This document shows, one piece after another, positions 57,488 to 63,994 of a stretch of 64,000 nucleotides of DNA. Position numbers and translations under genes: made by a program. The notes beneath the pieces were generated by a model. That model ran no database searches. It was not told where the DNA came from and saw only the letters and a program-made list of their open reading frames with translations. Each line of letters starts with the position of its first letter. Within the stretch, counting starts at the first letter, position 1. This DNA comes from a virus, in the IMG/VR virus record IMGVR_UViG_3300045004_000088, positions 128,001-192,000 of that record; one strand, written 5' to 3'.

Positions 57488-57561
57488 CACCACTCCTGAA
57501 ATGAAAGAAGACGCACAGTCAACCCGTGCGCCTTCTAGTCTTAATGAAAAAACCCCTTCAG

Positions 57562-57855
57562 TCAAGACGAGGTTTTATTTTGTTGTTGTTGGCCGTGGCT
57601 CAGGTACTTCTCCAAAACGTCCCAGACGTTCGTGGACTTCAGCTTGGTCGGTGCTTGGTTGCCAGCACCCGGTGCGCCACCGCCCGGCCCGCCCATAGGA
57701 GGAGGTCCACCCGGAGGCAAACCGCCGCCACCCATAGGTGGAGGACCGCCCATCGGAGGACCACCCGGCGGTGCGCCACCGCCCGGAGGACCGCCCGCCG
57801 GTGGTGGCGGTGCCGCGTCTTCGATAAGATTCAAGAACTGGGTGAATGTCTTCAT
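57562..57855 (-). CDS. Gly/Pro-rich low-complexity small protein (uncertain; the opposite strand also carries an ORF)
   Basis: Met 66 of ORF 57562..58050. GTATATAC lies 6 nt upstream. A hairpin plus U-tract terminator overlaps the stop. Confidence 0.3.
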   Translation of the reverse strand: MKTFTQFLNLIEDAAPPPPAGGPPGGGAPPGGPPMGGPPPMGGGGLPPGGPPPMGGPGGGAPGAGNQAPTKLKSTNVWDVLEKYLSHGQQQQNKTSS

Positions 57856-57860
57856 CGCAG

Positions 57861-57868
57861 GTATATAC
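57861..57868. promoter_or_regulatory. palindromic GTATATAC motif
   Basis: Identical to the flank GGTATATACG at 2178. Sits between the minus start 57855 and the plus ORF 57895. Confidence 0.3.
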
Positions 57869-58114
57869 GATCCGGGTAAGAAGAAAGGGGCGTCATGGCT
57901 TGGAACTTTTGTGGCGGGTGCAGGCGGGCTTTTGAAAGCTGGATTCACTGTCAGGGCTTCAGGTGCCACGACTGCCCTCGTCAGATTCCCTCGATACTCG
58001 ATGTGATGAGCAGAGCCGATTTGGAAGAAAATCCAAAATCGCGCGAACAAAACCCGTCGAGCGGCGTCTACTATTGTGAGCGGCCCGCGAAGCCGAAAAA
58101 AATTCGCGAACGGG

Positions 58115-58343
58115 TTGACGAGAAAAAGAAGTCAGCCTACTATGTAACGACAGAGCGGCAAAAGCCCTCTGCAAACACACGAAGAAAAATGAACACGTTC
58201 TCCCTTAGTCTGTTTAGCTCGCTGTCGTCCTTGTATCACAAGAGACGAGACGCAGGCTCTACGGGCTGAGTGAGGTACACCAGAACCTCTCAGACGAACA
58301 CCCGAAGACCCGCGTCTCCCAAGACGCGGGTCTTCTTGTTTTT
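58115..58343 (+). ncRNA. candidate small RNA transcription unit (sigma70-like promoter to rho-independent terminator)
   Basis: TTGACG-17nt-TACTAT at 58115-58143. About 190 nt of AT-rich sequence with no convincing ORF. Strong terminator at 58304-58343. Confidence 0.3.
58304..58343 (+). terminator. rho-independent terminator
   Basis: GAAGACCCGCGTCT-ccca-AGACGCGGGTCTTC followed by TTGTTTTT. Confidence 0.65.
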
Positions 58344-58352
58344 CTGGAGGCT

Positions 58353-58724
58353 GTGATGGAATTCAAACGTGACGTGATGAGGTTGTTGGTTCCGGGCGTC
58401 AAGTACGTCGGCCCCGGTTTGGACTACGAAAAACTGCCGCCGCAAACGGAAGCGGCGGTCAAGATGGTGTGCAAGAAGTTCGGGATCAGCTACAGCCACG
58501 CGGAAGAGATTGTCGGGGACATCGACAAGTACCAGTGGCACATCGAGCGGATCAGGTTCATGGACGACAAGGTGAGAGAGTTCCTTCGGGAACACGACGT
58601 GGTCGGCGCGGTCAAGGCGATCAAGGCGGTTCGACCGGACTGGGGCTTGCTGAACTGCAAGCTGTACATGGAAGACGTGCGTGACGGGAAGAAACCGTGG
58701 CCGGCAGTGAAGGCGGTCAAATGA
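58353..58724 (+). CDS. hypothetical protein
   Basis: GGAGG RBS; GTG at 58353 or ATG at 58356. Confidence 0.55.
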   Translation: MMEFKRDVMRLLVPGVKYVGPGLDYEKLPPQTEAAVKMVCKKFGISYSHAEEIVGDIDKYQWHIERIRFMDDKVREFLREHDVVGAVKAIKAVRPDWGLLNCKLYMEDVRDGKKPWPAVKAVK

Positions 58725-58891
58725 AAAAGGCCGTCAACGAAGAAGAGAAACAGTGGATGAAAAACCGCGACAAGAAGTTGCGGCCGAAGCCCGGACTGTT
58801 TTGGTGCGACTGTGATCGCAACCACGTTTCCGCGTGGCAAAAATGCGAGGTATGTAACAGTCGGACTGGCAAGCGGTGCTTTAAGAAGTGA
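58721..58891 (+). CDS. small zinc-finger protein
   Basis: ATGA overlap with the upstream gene; CDCD...CEVCNSRTGKRC. Confidence 0.4.
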   Translation: MKKAVNEEEKQWMKNRDKKLRPKPGLFWCDCDRNHVSAWQKCEVCNSRTGKRCFKK

Positions 58892-58893
58892 AT

Positions 58894-58921
58894 GCGGTTG
58901 TGGCGAAACTGGTAGACGCGC
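58894..58921 (+). repeat. 28-nt duplicate of the 5' end of tRNA-Leu(CAG) (acceptor plus D-arm)
   Basis: gcggttgtggcgaaa[c/t]tggtagacgcgc matches 59459-59486 with one mismatch; diverges after the D-arm; no T-arm or 3' acceptor. Confidence 0.5.
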
Positions 58922-58969
58922 AAGATGGCAAATTCTGAGGTGTGATACTCTGCTAAGTGCGGAGGAAAC

Positions 58970-59458
58970 ATGCCAAAGAAAAGAAACTGGACCGACGAGC
59001 AATTGAAGGAAGCTGTTGCTACTTCGTTCTCGTACTCAGAAGTGTTGAGAAAACTGAAGTTGAAGTTCGCTGGCGGAACTCACGCGGCGATCAAGCAAAA
59101 AGTGAAGTGGTTGAAACTCAATGTTTCGCATTTCACAGGCAGTAGTTGGTGTCGAGGTGAGAAGTACCGACAAACGCTACTGAAAAGGAACACCCGAACA
59201 CTGGAAGAGATCTTGGTAAAAGACTCGACCTATCAATCGGGGGCGAAGCTGAAAAAGAGGCTGGTGACGGCGGGAATTTTGAAAGACATCTGCTGCCAGT
59301 GTGGGAATGAAGGTGTGTGGTGCGGTCAAGCTCTGACGTTACAGCTTGATCACAAGAATGGCGACCGGACTGATCACAGGTTAGAAAACCTCCGAGTGAT
59401 ATGTCCAAACTGTCATTCGCAGACACCTAACTTTGCTGGACGTAACGCGAAGAAGTAA
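58970..59458 (+). CDS. HNH homing endonuclease
   Basis: LQLDHKNGDRTDHRLENLRVICPNCH; GGAGGAAAC RBS; stop abuts the tRNA-Leu start. Confidence 0.65.
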   Translation: MPKKRNWTDEQLKEAVATSFSYSEVLRKLKLKFAGGTHAAIKQKVKWLKLNVSHFTGSSWCRGEKYRQTLLKRNTRTLEEILVKDSTYQSGAKLKKRLVTAGILKDICCQCGNEGVWCGQALTLQLDHKNGDRTDHRLENLRVICPNCHSQTPNFAGRNAKK

Positions 59459-59540
59459 GCGGTTGTGGCGAAATTGGTAGACGCGCGGTCTTCAGATGGC
59501 CGTCCCGCAAGGGGTGTGGGTTCGACTCCCACCAACCGCA
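59459..59540 (+). tRNA. tRNA-Leu(CAG), type II
   Basis: Acceptor GCGGTTG/CAACCGC. Anticodon stem CGGTC/GGCCG with loop TTCAGAT. Long variable arm. T-arm GTGGG-TTCGACT-CCCAC. No encoded CCA. Confidence 0.7.
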
Positions 59541-59607
59541 CTGTAAGACCCGGCAACGGGTGTTCTTTGACAACTGGGCGAGACAACAAGCGGTTCTCGG
59601 AGCAGCT

Positions 59608-59862
59608 ATGAAAAACGTTTGGTTGGAATTTTTGCAGTTGAAGACCGATTTCCCGCTCGGATCGTGGGTACAAATGACACTCGATCCTTTGGACGATTAC
59701 TTTGAATCGATCTGGGCTTCTGATATGATGGGGGTAGTGACGGGGTACAACATCATGCAGTCACTGGTGGTGGTGTACTTCGACAACAACGTCACGATGC
59801 AGTGCGGCCCGAAACTACTGAAGGTCGTTGAAAGCCCTTTGGTCCATGACTGGGACATGTGA
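59608..59862 (+). CDS. small hypothetical protein
   Basis: Met 17 of ORF 59560..59862 with GGAGCAGC RBS. Confidence 0.45.
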   Translation: MKNVWLEFLQLKTDFPLGSWVQMTLDPLDDYFESIWASDMMGVVTGYNIMQSLVVVYFDNNVTMQCGPKLLKVVESPLVHDWDM

Positions 59863-60092
59863 AAATGACGGACAAAGAAGAGATCGAGATCCTTCAGGCT
59901 CGTATCGATGAGTTGAAGGGGGTAAAGAGCGGCCCGCCGAAGTGTTTCCACTGTGGCGGGAGCGGCGAGGTCGCGTGGGAAGGAACCTGCTACTACTGCG
60001 TGGGGAGCGGTTACTGCTACCCACCGAACGATCCCAACCATTGGAGCAACAAGAAAGAAGAAAACGGACCTTATTACGATCAGGTCTGGTGA
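59859..60092 (+). CDS. small Cys-rich protein
   Basis: CFHCGGSG...CYYCVGSGYC; start overlaps the upstream stop. Confidence 0.45.
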   Translation: MKMTDKEEIEILQARIDELKGVKSGPPKCFHCGGSGEVAWEGTCYYCVGSGYCYPPNDPNHWSNKKEENGPYYDQVW

Positions 60093-60097
60093 GATAA

Positions 60098-60179
60098 GCC
60101 AAAGTGACGGAAATGGCAGACGTACTCCGCTCAAAACGGAGCGCCGCAAGGCGTGTGGGTTCGATTCCCACCTTTGGCA
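60098..60179 (+). tRNA. tRNA-Leu(CAA), type II
   Basis: Acceptor GCCAAAG/CTTTGGC. Anticodon stem CTCCG/CGGAG with loop CTCAAAA. Variable arm CGCCGCAAGGCGTGT. T-arm GTGGG-TTCGATT-CCCAC. Confidence 0.7.
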
Positions 60180-60185
60180 CTAACT

Positions 60186-60266
60186 GTACCGGCTGAACAT
60201 GGGCGAGTTCCCCTGGCTGTAACCCAGGTGCCTTCGGCTGTAGAGGTTCGACTCCTCTCCGGTACA
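60186..60266 (+). tRNA. tRNA-Tyr(GTA), type II
   Basis: Acceptor GTACCGG/CCGGTAC. D-stem GAA/TTC. Anticodon stem CCTGG/CCAGG with loop CTGTAAC. Variable arm contains a GCC-TTCG-GC tetraloop hairpin. T-arm AGAGG-TTCGACT-CCTCT. Confidence 0.65.
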
Positions 60267-60268
60267 CT

Positions 60269-60486
60269 GCATCCGCAACGGAATAGCCTTGATCGGTCTT
60301 GGGATAATTAACAAGGTGCTGCTCGATAAGTAGCGAAAGCTACCGCTTGCGGGCGTAAGGTCGGGGTGCAAGTATCGACCTCAAGACGGCGGATGCAATC
60401 GGGTGTCGATCCACACGGCAGACTGTAAATCTGCTGCCATTATCCTGTGTGGCGGTCGGCGATGGGTTCAACTCCTACGGCACCCA
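60269..60486 (+). ncRNA. unresolved structured RNA: 128-nt helix-closed domain with GNRA tetraloops plus a tRNA-like 3' part
   Basis: GCATCCGC (60269-76) pairs with GCGGATGC (60389-96) around GTAGC-GAAA-GCTAC and C-GTAA-G. The 3' part has GGGTGTC/GGCACCC acceptor-like ends and GCAGA-CTGTAAA-TCTGC, but no room for a D-arm. Confidence 0.3.
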
Positions 60487-60499
60487 CTGGAGACTCGCG

Positions 60500-61018
60500 A
60501 TGAGCGACATGATGGAACTTCTGGCGAAACGGTACGCCGAACCCGATCTGAACCCGTATCTTTTCGAGATCGGACAAAAGGTGAGGCTCCGCAAGGGCCG
60601 CTCGAACGACGGGCAGACGCCTCAACATTGGGACGGGGCAGTCGCAACAGTCGAAAGTCGATACTGCACCGGACTCCACAAGGAACACTGGTACAAGTTG
60701 AGACACTCGAACGGCCAACTGGCAGAGTTCTGCGAAGACGAGATCGACGCACGCTACGCGCGGCGGCGAGTCAACTTCAAAGAAGTTCTGGCCGAGGAGA
60801 ACCCGAAAGCCATCGTGTTTGACGGACTCGAAGAAGCCATGATCGGCGTCGGCGGTCAAACGACGCAGAGGCTCGCGGTCTACAGTGTCCGAAAGATCAT
60901 GGAACTGCTCAGGCAGAAACACGGCGACGAACAAGCGGCCCAAGAGTGGTTCGACTTCAACATCGCGACCCTCTGGGCCGGCGAGAATACTCCGATCTTG
61001 GTGTACGATGAAGTCTGA
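60500..61018 (+). CDS. hypothetical protein
   Basis: Met 18 of ORF 60449..61018 with GGAGACTCGCG RBS. Confidence 0.5.
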   Translation: MSDMMELLAKRYAEPDLNPYLFEIGQKVRLRKGRSNDGQTPQHWDGAVATVESRYCTGLHKEHWYKLRHSNGQLAEFCEDEIDARYARRRVNFKEVLAEENPKAIVFDGLEEAMIGVGGQTTQRLAVYSVRKIMELLRQKHGDEQAAQEWFDFNIATLWAGENTPILVYDEV

Positions 61019-61280
61019 AGACAATCTGCGGGTGGCTCCTCACGAGGAAACACCCAGGCAGAAGTATCTGTGTGACAACGCGAGACACCTGATCTGCGTG
61101 CCGTATTCCATTGATAATCTGCACAAGATGGCGGCAGATTTGGGAATCAAGAAGTGCTGGTTCCACAAGGACCATTACGACATTCCGAAGCGACGGATCG
61201 CCGAGATCACCGCGAAGTGCGAGGTCGTGGACAGCCGAGAAATCGTCAAGATCGTGAGGCCGAAGAACTCTGCGAAGTGA
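61008..61280 (+). CDS. hypothetical protein
   Basis: Met 42 of ORF 60885..61280; overlaps the upstream gene end by 11 nt. Confidence 0.45.
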   Translation: MKSEDNLRVAPHEETPRQKYLCDNARHLICVPYSIDNLHKMAADLGIKKCWFHKDHYDIPKRRIAEITAKCEVVDSREIVKIVRPKNSAK

Positions 61281-61289
61281 TAGAAATTT

Positions 61290-61371
61290 GGGTCTGCTAA
61301 CGCTGTGGGAAGCTACGTTGACTGTAAATCAGCCGCCTTCGGGATAAGAGGTTCGATTCCTCACAGACCCA
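61290..61371 (+). tRNA. tRNA-Tyr(GTA), second copy, slightly non-canonical D region
   Basis: Acceptor GGGTCTG/CAGACCC. Anticodon stem GTTGA/TCAGC with loop CTGTAAA. Variable arm has a CC-TTCG-GG hairpin. T-arm GAGG-TTCGATT-CCTC. Confidence 0.5.
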
Positions 61372-61377
61372 CTGAAT

Positions 61378-61452
61378 GCCTACCAAATGCTAATCTAGTG
61401 AAAGCTTAGGTTTGAAAAACCTAGTAGCCCGGAGCGTAACCGGGGGTAGGCA
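61378..61452 (+). tRNA. tRNA-like, possibly tRNA-Phe(GAA) with non-canonical T-loop
   Basis: Acceptor GCCTACC/GGTAGGC. D-stem GCT/AGC. Anticodon stem TAGGT/ACCTA with loop TTGAAAA. T-arm CCCGG-AGCGTAA-CCGGG lacks TTC. One to two extra nt at positions 8-10. Confidence 0.3.
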
Positions 61453-61471
61453 CTAGCCAGTATGCTCGTTC

Positions 61472-61542
61472 GGGATTACATGACAATTGGTTAAGTCGGG
61501 GAACTCAAATTCCCTATAGCTGGTTCAAATCCAGCGTATATC
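61472..61542 (+). tRNA. tRNA-like fragment or pseudo-tRNA (anticodon-like loop ACTCAAA, intact T-arm, no pairing acceptor)
   Basis: GGGGA-ACTCAAA-TTCCC hairpin plus canonical T-arm GCTGG-TTCAAAT-CCAGC. The 3' flank GTATATC does not complement the 5' GGGATTA. Confidence 0.25.
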
Positions 61543-61566
61543 TCGTGCAAATTTTGACTGGCAACT

Positions 61567-61639
61567 GCCGCGCAGGTGTAAAGGGTAGACACGCTTCCCT
61601 GAAAAGGAAGAGGACTCGGTTCGACTCCGAGGGGCGGCA
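61567..61639 (+). tRNA. tRNA-Phe(GAA)
   Basis: Acceptor GCCGCGC/GGGCGGC (one G-G mismatch). D-stem GTGT/ACAC. Anticodon stem CTTCC/GGAAG with loop CTGAAAA. T-arm CTCGG-TTCGACT-CCGAG. Confidence 0.65.
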
Positions 61640-61740
61640 CTTGAATAGTTTCGGCCTATGGCTGAAGAACGCCAAACCGTTGTCAGATAGACGCCAGAGG
61701 TGACTAGATTTTAGTAGGTGGTCCCTACTAGGAGTCAGTC

Positions 61741-61947
61741 ATGAACATCGACAACGTGAAGAGTGGCGTGAGCAAAGAGGAAGTCATGAGGCTGCTGCGT
61801 GCGGCCGGCATGCTCCAAGACTCGACGCCGGTGAAGCTGCAACAGATGCGGGCGGTTCGCGTGTCGCGGCCGGAACCCCGGCCCGAACACGAAGAACTCG
61901 GCATGAGCCACAGCGAGTGGTTCCGCCGCTACGTCAGCGACTGGTAA
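61741..61947 (+). CDS. small hypothetical protein
   Basis: GGAG RBS downstream of a TAGTAGG/CCTACTA hairpin. Confidence 0.45.
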   Translation: MNIDNVKSGVSKEEVMRLLRAAGMLQDSTPVKLQQMRAVRVSRPEPRPEHEELGMSHSEWFRRYVSDW

Positions 61948-62178
61948 TCACTTCCCGGCAACGAGCTTGCGGAGGTCGCTGGACGACTTAGACGGGTTAC
62001 GGATGATTTCTTTCACCAGTTCCTCGCCTTTGGAACTGGTGATCTTCGACCAGACCTTTTCGAGCGTGGTGCGGTTGTACTTCTTGACCAGCTTCTTCAG
62101 CCCGTCGATAAAGTCCTCGACGGCTTCGATGTCGCTGCTGCCCGTACCCGACTCGACAAATTGACGAAACGATTGCAT
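61948..62178 (-). CDS. small hypothetical protein
   Basis: 76-aa ORF with GGAGGG RBS; convergent with 61741..61947. Confidence 0.5.
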   Translation of the reverse strand: MQSFRQFVESGTGSSDIEAVEDFIDGLKKLVKKYNRTTLEKVWSKITSSKGEELVKEIIRNPSKSSSDLRKLVAGK

Positions 62179-62193
62179 AGACCCTCCAGTCTA

Positions 62194-62237
62194 TGTATCG
62201 ACTCGGAAGGAAAATATGTATCGACTCGGAAGGAAAA
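62194..62237 (+). repeat. tandem direct repeat 2 x tgtatcgactcggaaggaaaa (period 23); second copy forms the 5' end of tRNA-Ser(GGA)
   Basis: Exact duplication, visible in the sequence. Confidence 0.5.
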
Positions 62238-62313
62238 CCGGATGGGTGTCCGGCATCGCCTGGAAAGTGATTGGTGCCTTAAACGGCATGGGGATCGATA
62301 CCTCTTCCTTCCG
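62228..62313 (+). tRNA. tRNA-Ser(GGA), type II, non-canonical (T-loop ATCGATA, 4-bp T-stem)
   Basis: Acceptor GGAAGGA/TCCTTCC (7/7). D-arm CCGG-ATGGGTGT-CCGG. Anticodon stem ATCGC/GTGAT with loop CTGGAAA. Variable hairpin GTGCC-TTAAAC-GGCAT. T-arm GGGG-ATCGATA-CCTC. Confidence 0.5.
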
Positions 62314-62416
62314 CTATGTGTGACTGCAAAATGTGTCGGGCGCGGAAACGCAAAAAGCTCATCGACACGCTCCATTCAAAAGGCGTCATCCTCGTACACA
62401 GGGGCGAAGACTTTCT

Positions 62417-62728
62417 ATGCCAAACAAGTTCGAGGGCCGCTGGCGTTGGTGCAACCACTGCCAGTGCGCGAGAATCCGATGCTTCAAGTGCGGCAACATC
62501 TCGTGTAGCGGCGGCGGATGCGTCGAGTGCCACGACGAATTCACCGAAGCGATCAGAATGAGCGGCACGGGCGAACACCCTAGCAAAGAAGAACTCCTCG
62601 CCGACACCGAAGGCATTAGAATTGATGCCGAGTGGGGCGAAAAGGTATGGGACGCATGGTCGAGTACACAATCAAAAAAGGCAGCAAGCACCAGAACAGA
62701 CGGTGCGGCTACTGCGACGGGCGAATGA
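62417..62728 (+). CDS. Cys-rich small protein (uncertain; overlapping alternative ORFs)
   Basis: Met 29 of ORF 62333..62728; CNHCQCARIRCFKCGNISCSGGGCVEC; tail low-complexity. Confidence 0.35.
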   Translation: MPNKFEGRWRWCNHCQCARIRCFKCGNISCSGGGCVECHDEFTEAIRMSGTGEHPSKEELLADTEGIRIDAEWGEKVWDAWSSTQSKKAASTRTDGAATATGE

Positions 62729-62871
62729 CGCCCGGCCGCAAGTTCGTACTCGACCCGGAACGGTACGAAAACCAACTGCCAATGATCTTCCACCCGCAGT
62801 GCCGCGAAGCGTGGGTGAAGCGTGGCAAACAACCGCTGTGCCGAGGTAACTGTGACACTGTACATGCTTGA
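62656..62871 (+). CDS. small Cys-containing hypothetical protein
   Basis: Internal Met of ORF 62632..62871; CGYCDG...CREAW...CRGNC. Confidence 0.4.
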   Translation: MVEYTIKKGSKHQNRRCGYCDGRMTPGRKFVLDPERYENQLPMIFHPQCREAWVKRGKQPLCRGNCDTVHA

Positions 62872-63052
62872 GTGGTACAACGGCCTCGAATACGCAGACG
62901 CCGAGACGACACTGTTGGGCGTTTATCGAAGTGAAGAAACGCGATCCGAGGCCGAACAACGGTATCGCGAGTCGGAGGAACGTTGGCCCTTCACTAGCAA
63001 GGAAGGGAAGTTCGTGAAGTGGGAGATCCAGTTGGACAAGGATCTGGTGTGA
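62864..63052 (+). CDS. small hypothetical protein
   Basis: Met 15 of ORF 62822..63052; ATGCTTGA overlap with the upstream stop. Confidence 0.4.
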   Translation: MLEWYNGLEYADAETTLLGVYRSEETRSEAEQRYRESEERWPFTSKEGKFVKWEIQLDKDLV

Positions 63053-63055
63053 TAC

Positions 63056-63140
63056 GGAAGGGACTGTGAGTGGCTACACGACTTTGTTTGCTAAACAAAG
63101 ATACGGCAACGTATTGCGGGTTCGACGCCCGCTCCTTCCG
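63056..63140 (+). tRNA. tRNA-Ser(GCT), type II, with extended 6-bp anticodon stem
   Basis: Acceptor GGAAGGG/TCCTTCC. D-stem TGTG/CACG. Anticodon stem CTTTGT/ACAAAG with loop TTGCTAA. Variable hairpin ATACG-GCAA-CGTAT. T-arm GCGGG-TTCGACG-CCCGC. Confidence 0.6.
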
Positions 63141-63143
63141 CTC

Positions 63144-63233
63144 GGCTCTGTGCGCTAAATGGTAAAGCGGCAAGTTTCAAAAACTTGTGTCTCCCCGCGT
63201 GGGAAATTATCGGTTCGAGTCCGATCAGAGCCA
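63144..63233 (+). tRNA. tRNA-Leu(CAA), second copy, type II
   Basis: Acceptor GGCTCTG/CAGAGCC. D-stem CGC/GCG. Anticodon stem CAAGT/ACTTG with loop TTCAAAA. 21-nt variable arm. T-arm ATCGG-TTCGAGT-CCGAT. Confidence 0.65.
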
Positions 63234-63244
63234 CTTGAATCTTT

Positions 63245-63272
63245 TTGTCTTGTTCTGACAGTACACTAGAAT
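63245..63272 (+). promoter_or_regulatory. sigma70-like promoter candidate TTGTCT-16-TAGAAT
   Basis: Upstream of the HNH-AP2 gene, which has a GGAGG RBS. Confidence 0.3.
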
Positions 63273-63287
63273 GTAGTGGAGGTCATA

Positions 63288-63719
63288 ATGAACAAATACA
63301 GCAAAAAGAAATCCGATCAGCTAGGTGTCAACTTCAGTACGGCGTGCCACACTTTGAGGAAGTGTGTAATGTTCTCTCTGCTGAAAGAAGCCAAGAAAAA
63401 CGTTTGCTTCAGGTGCGGCAAGGCAATTCAGACTGCCGAAGAACTGAGTCTTGACCACAAAGAAGATTGGCTTGACAAGACCAACGCCAAAGAACTCTTC
63501 TTCGATTTGACCAACGTGGCCTACAGCCACCGCCGCTGCAATACTTTGGCGATGTTGGACAAACGCACACAGTTTCGCGGTGTGACCAAGATGGGTGGTA
63601 AAAAGAAACGTAAAAAGCCATATACGGCTCGCTGGTGGGATGGGACCAAGCAGGTGCATATCGGGTATTTCGCGACGGCCGAGGAAGCACAGAAAGCATT
63701 AGAAGAAAGGTCCAAATGA
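63288..63719 (+). CDS. HNH endonuclease with C-terminal AP2 DNA-binding domain
   Basis: LSLDHKEDW...NV..SHRRCN HNH; FRGVTKMGGKKKRKKPYTARWWDGTKQVHIGYFATAEEAQKA AP2-like; lower GC. Confidence 0.65.
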   Translation: MNKYSKKKSDQLGVNFSTACHTLRKCVMFSLLKEAKKNVCFRCGKAIQTAEELSLDHKEDWLDKTNAKELFFDLTNVAYSHRRCNTLAMLDKRTQFRGVTKMGGKKKRKKPYTARWWDGTKQVHIGYFATAEEAQKALEERSK

Positions 63720-63919
63720 ACGCACAATACGTTTGCAACAAGTGTGGGGAACCGGCAGAAATGGATACTCGCATGGGTGGTGGAGACGTGTACCTAACAT
63801 GCGGGTGCGACAGAAATGGGGAATGGGTCGATGACGGTCGCGGTGGGTATTACGACACCGACGCACAGCCAGTTCTCGTGCAAGAACCGAAAATGCAAAA
63901 ACCAAAAAAGGAAGATTAA
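63716..63919 (+). CDS. small zinc-ribbon protein
   Basis: ATGA overlap; AAAGG RBS; CNKCG...CGCDRNG. Confidence 0.45.
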   Translation: MNAQYVCNKCGEPAEMDTRMGGGDVYLTCGCDRNGEWVDDGRGGYYDTDAQPVLVQEPKMQKPKKED

Positions 63920-63994
63920 CCGGACGGGGTCCGGCACCGCCTCGAAAGCGGTTGGTGCCTTAACGGGCATGGGGATCGATACCTCAGTCTTCCG
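63910..63994 (+). tRNA. tRNA-Ser(CGA), type II, paralog of the 62228 tRNA with the same non-canonical T-loop
   Basis: Acceptor GGAAGAT/GTCTTCC. D-arm CCGG-ACGGGGT-CCGG. Anticodon stem ACCGC/GCGGT with loop CTCGAAA. Compensatory changes relative to the 62228 copy. T-arm GGGG-ATCGATA-CCTC. Confidence 0.5.

Noticed and set aside
57632-58006. Plus-strand Gly/Pro-rich ORF opposite the minus ORF 57562-57855
   Set aside because: Repetitive GC-rich DNA gives ORFs on both strands. The minus one has a start-proximal motif and a terminator, so it was preferred. Both remain doubtful.
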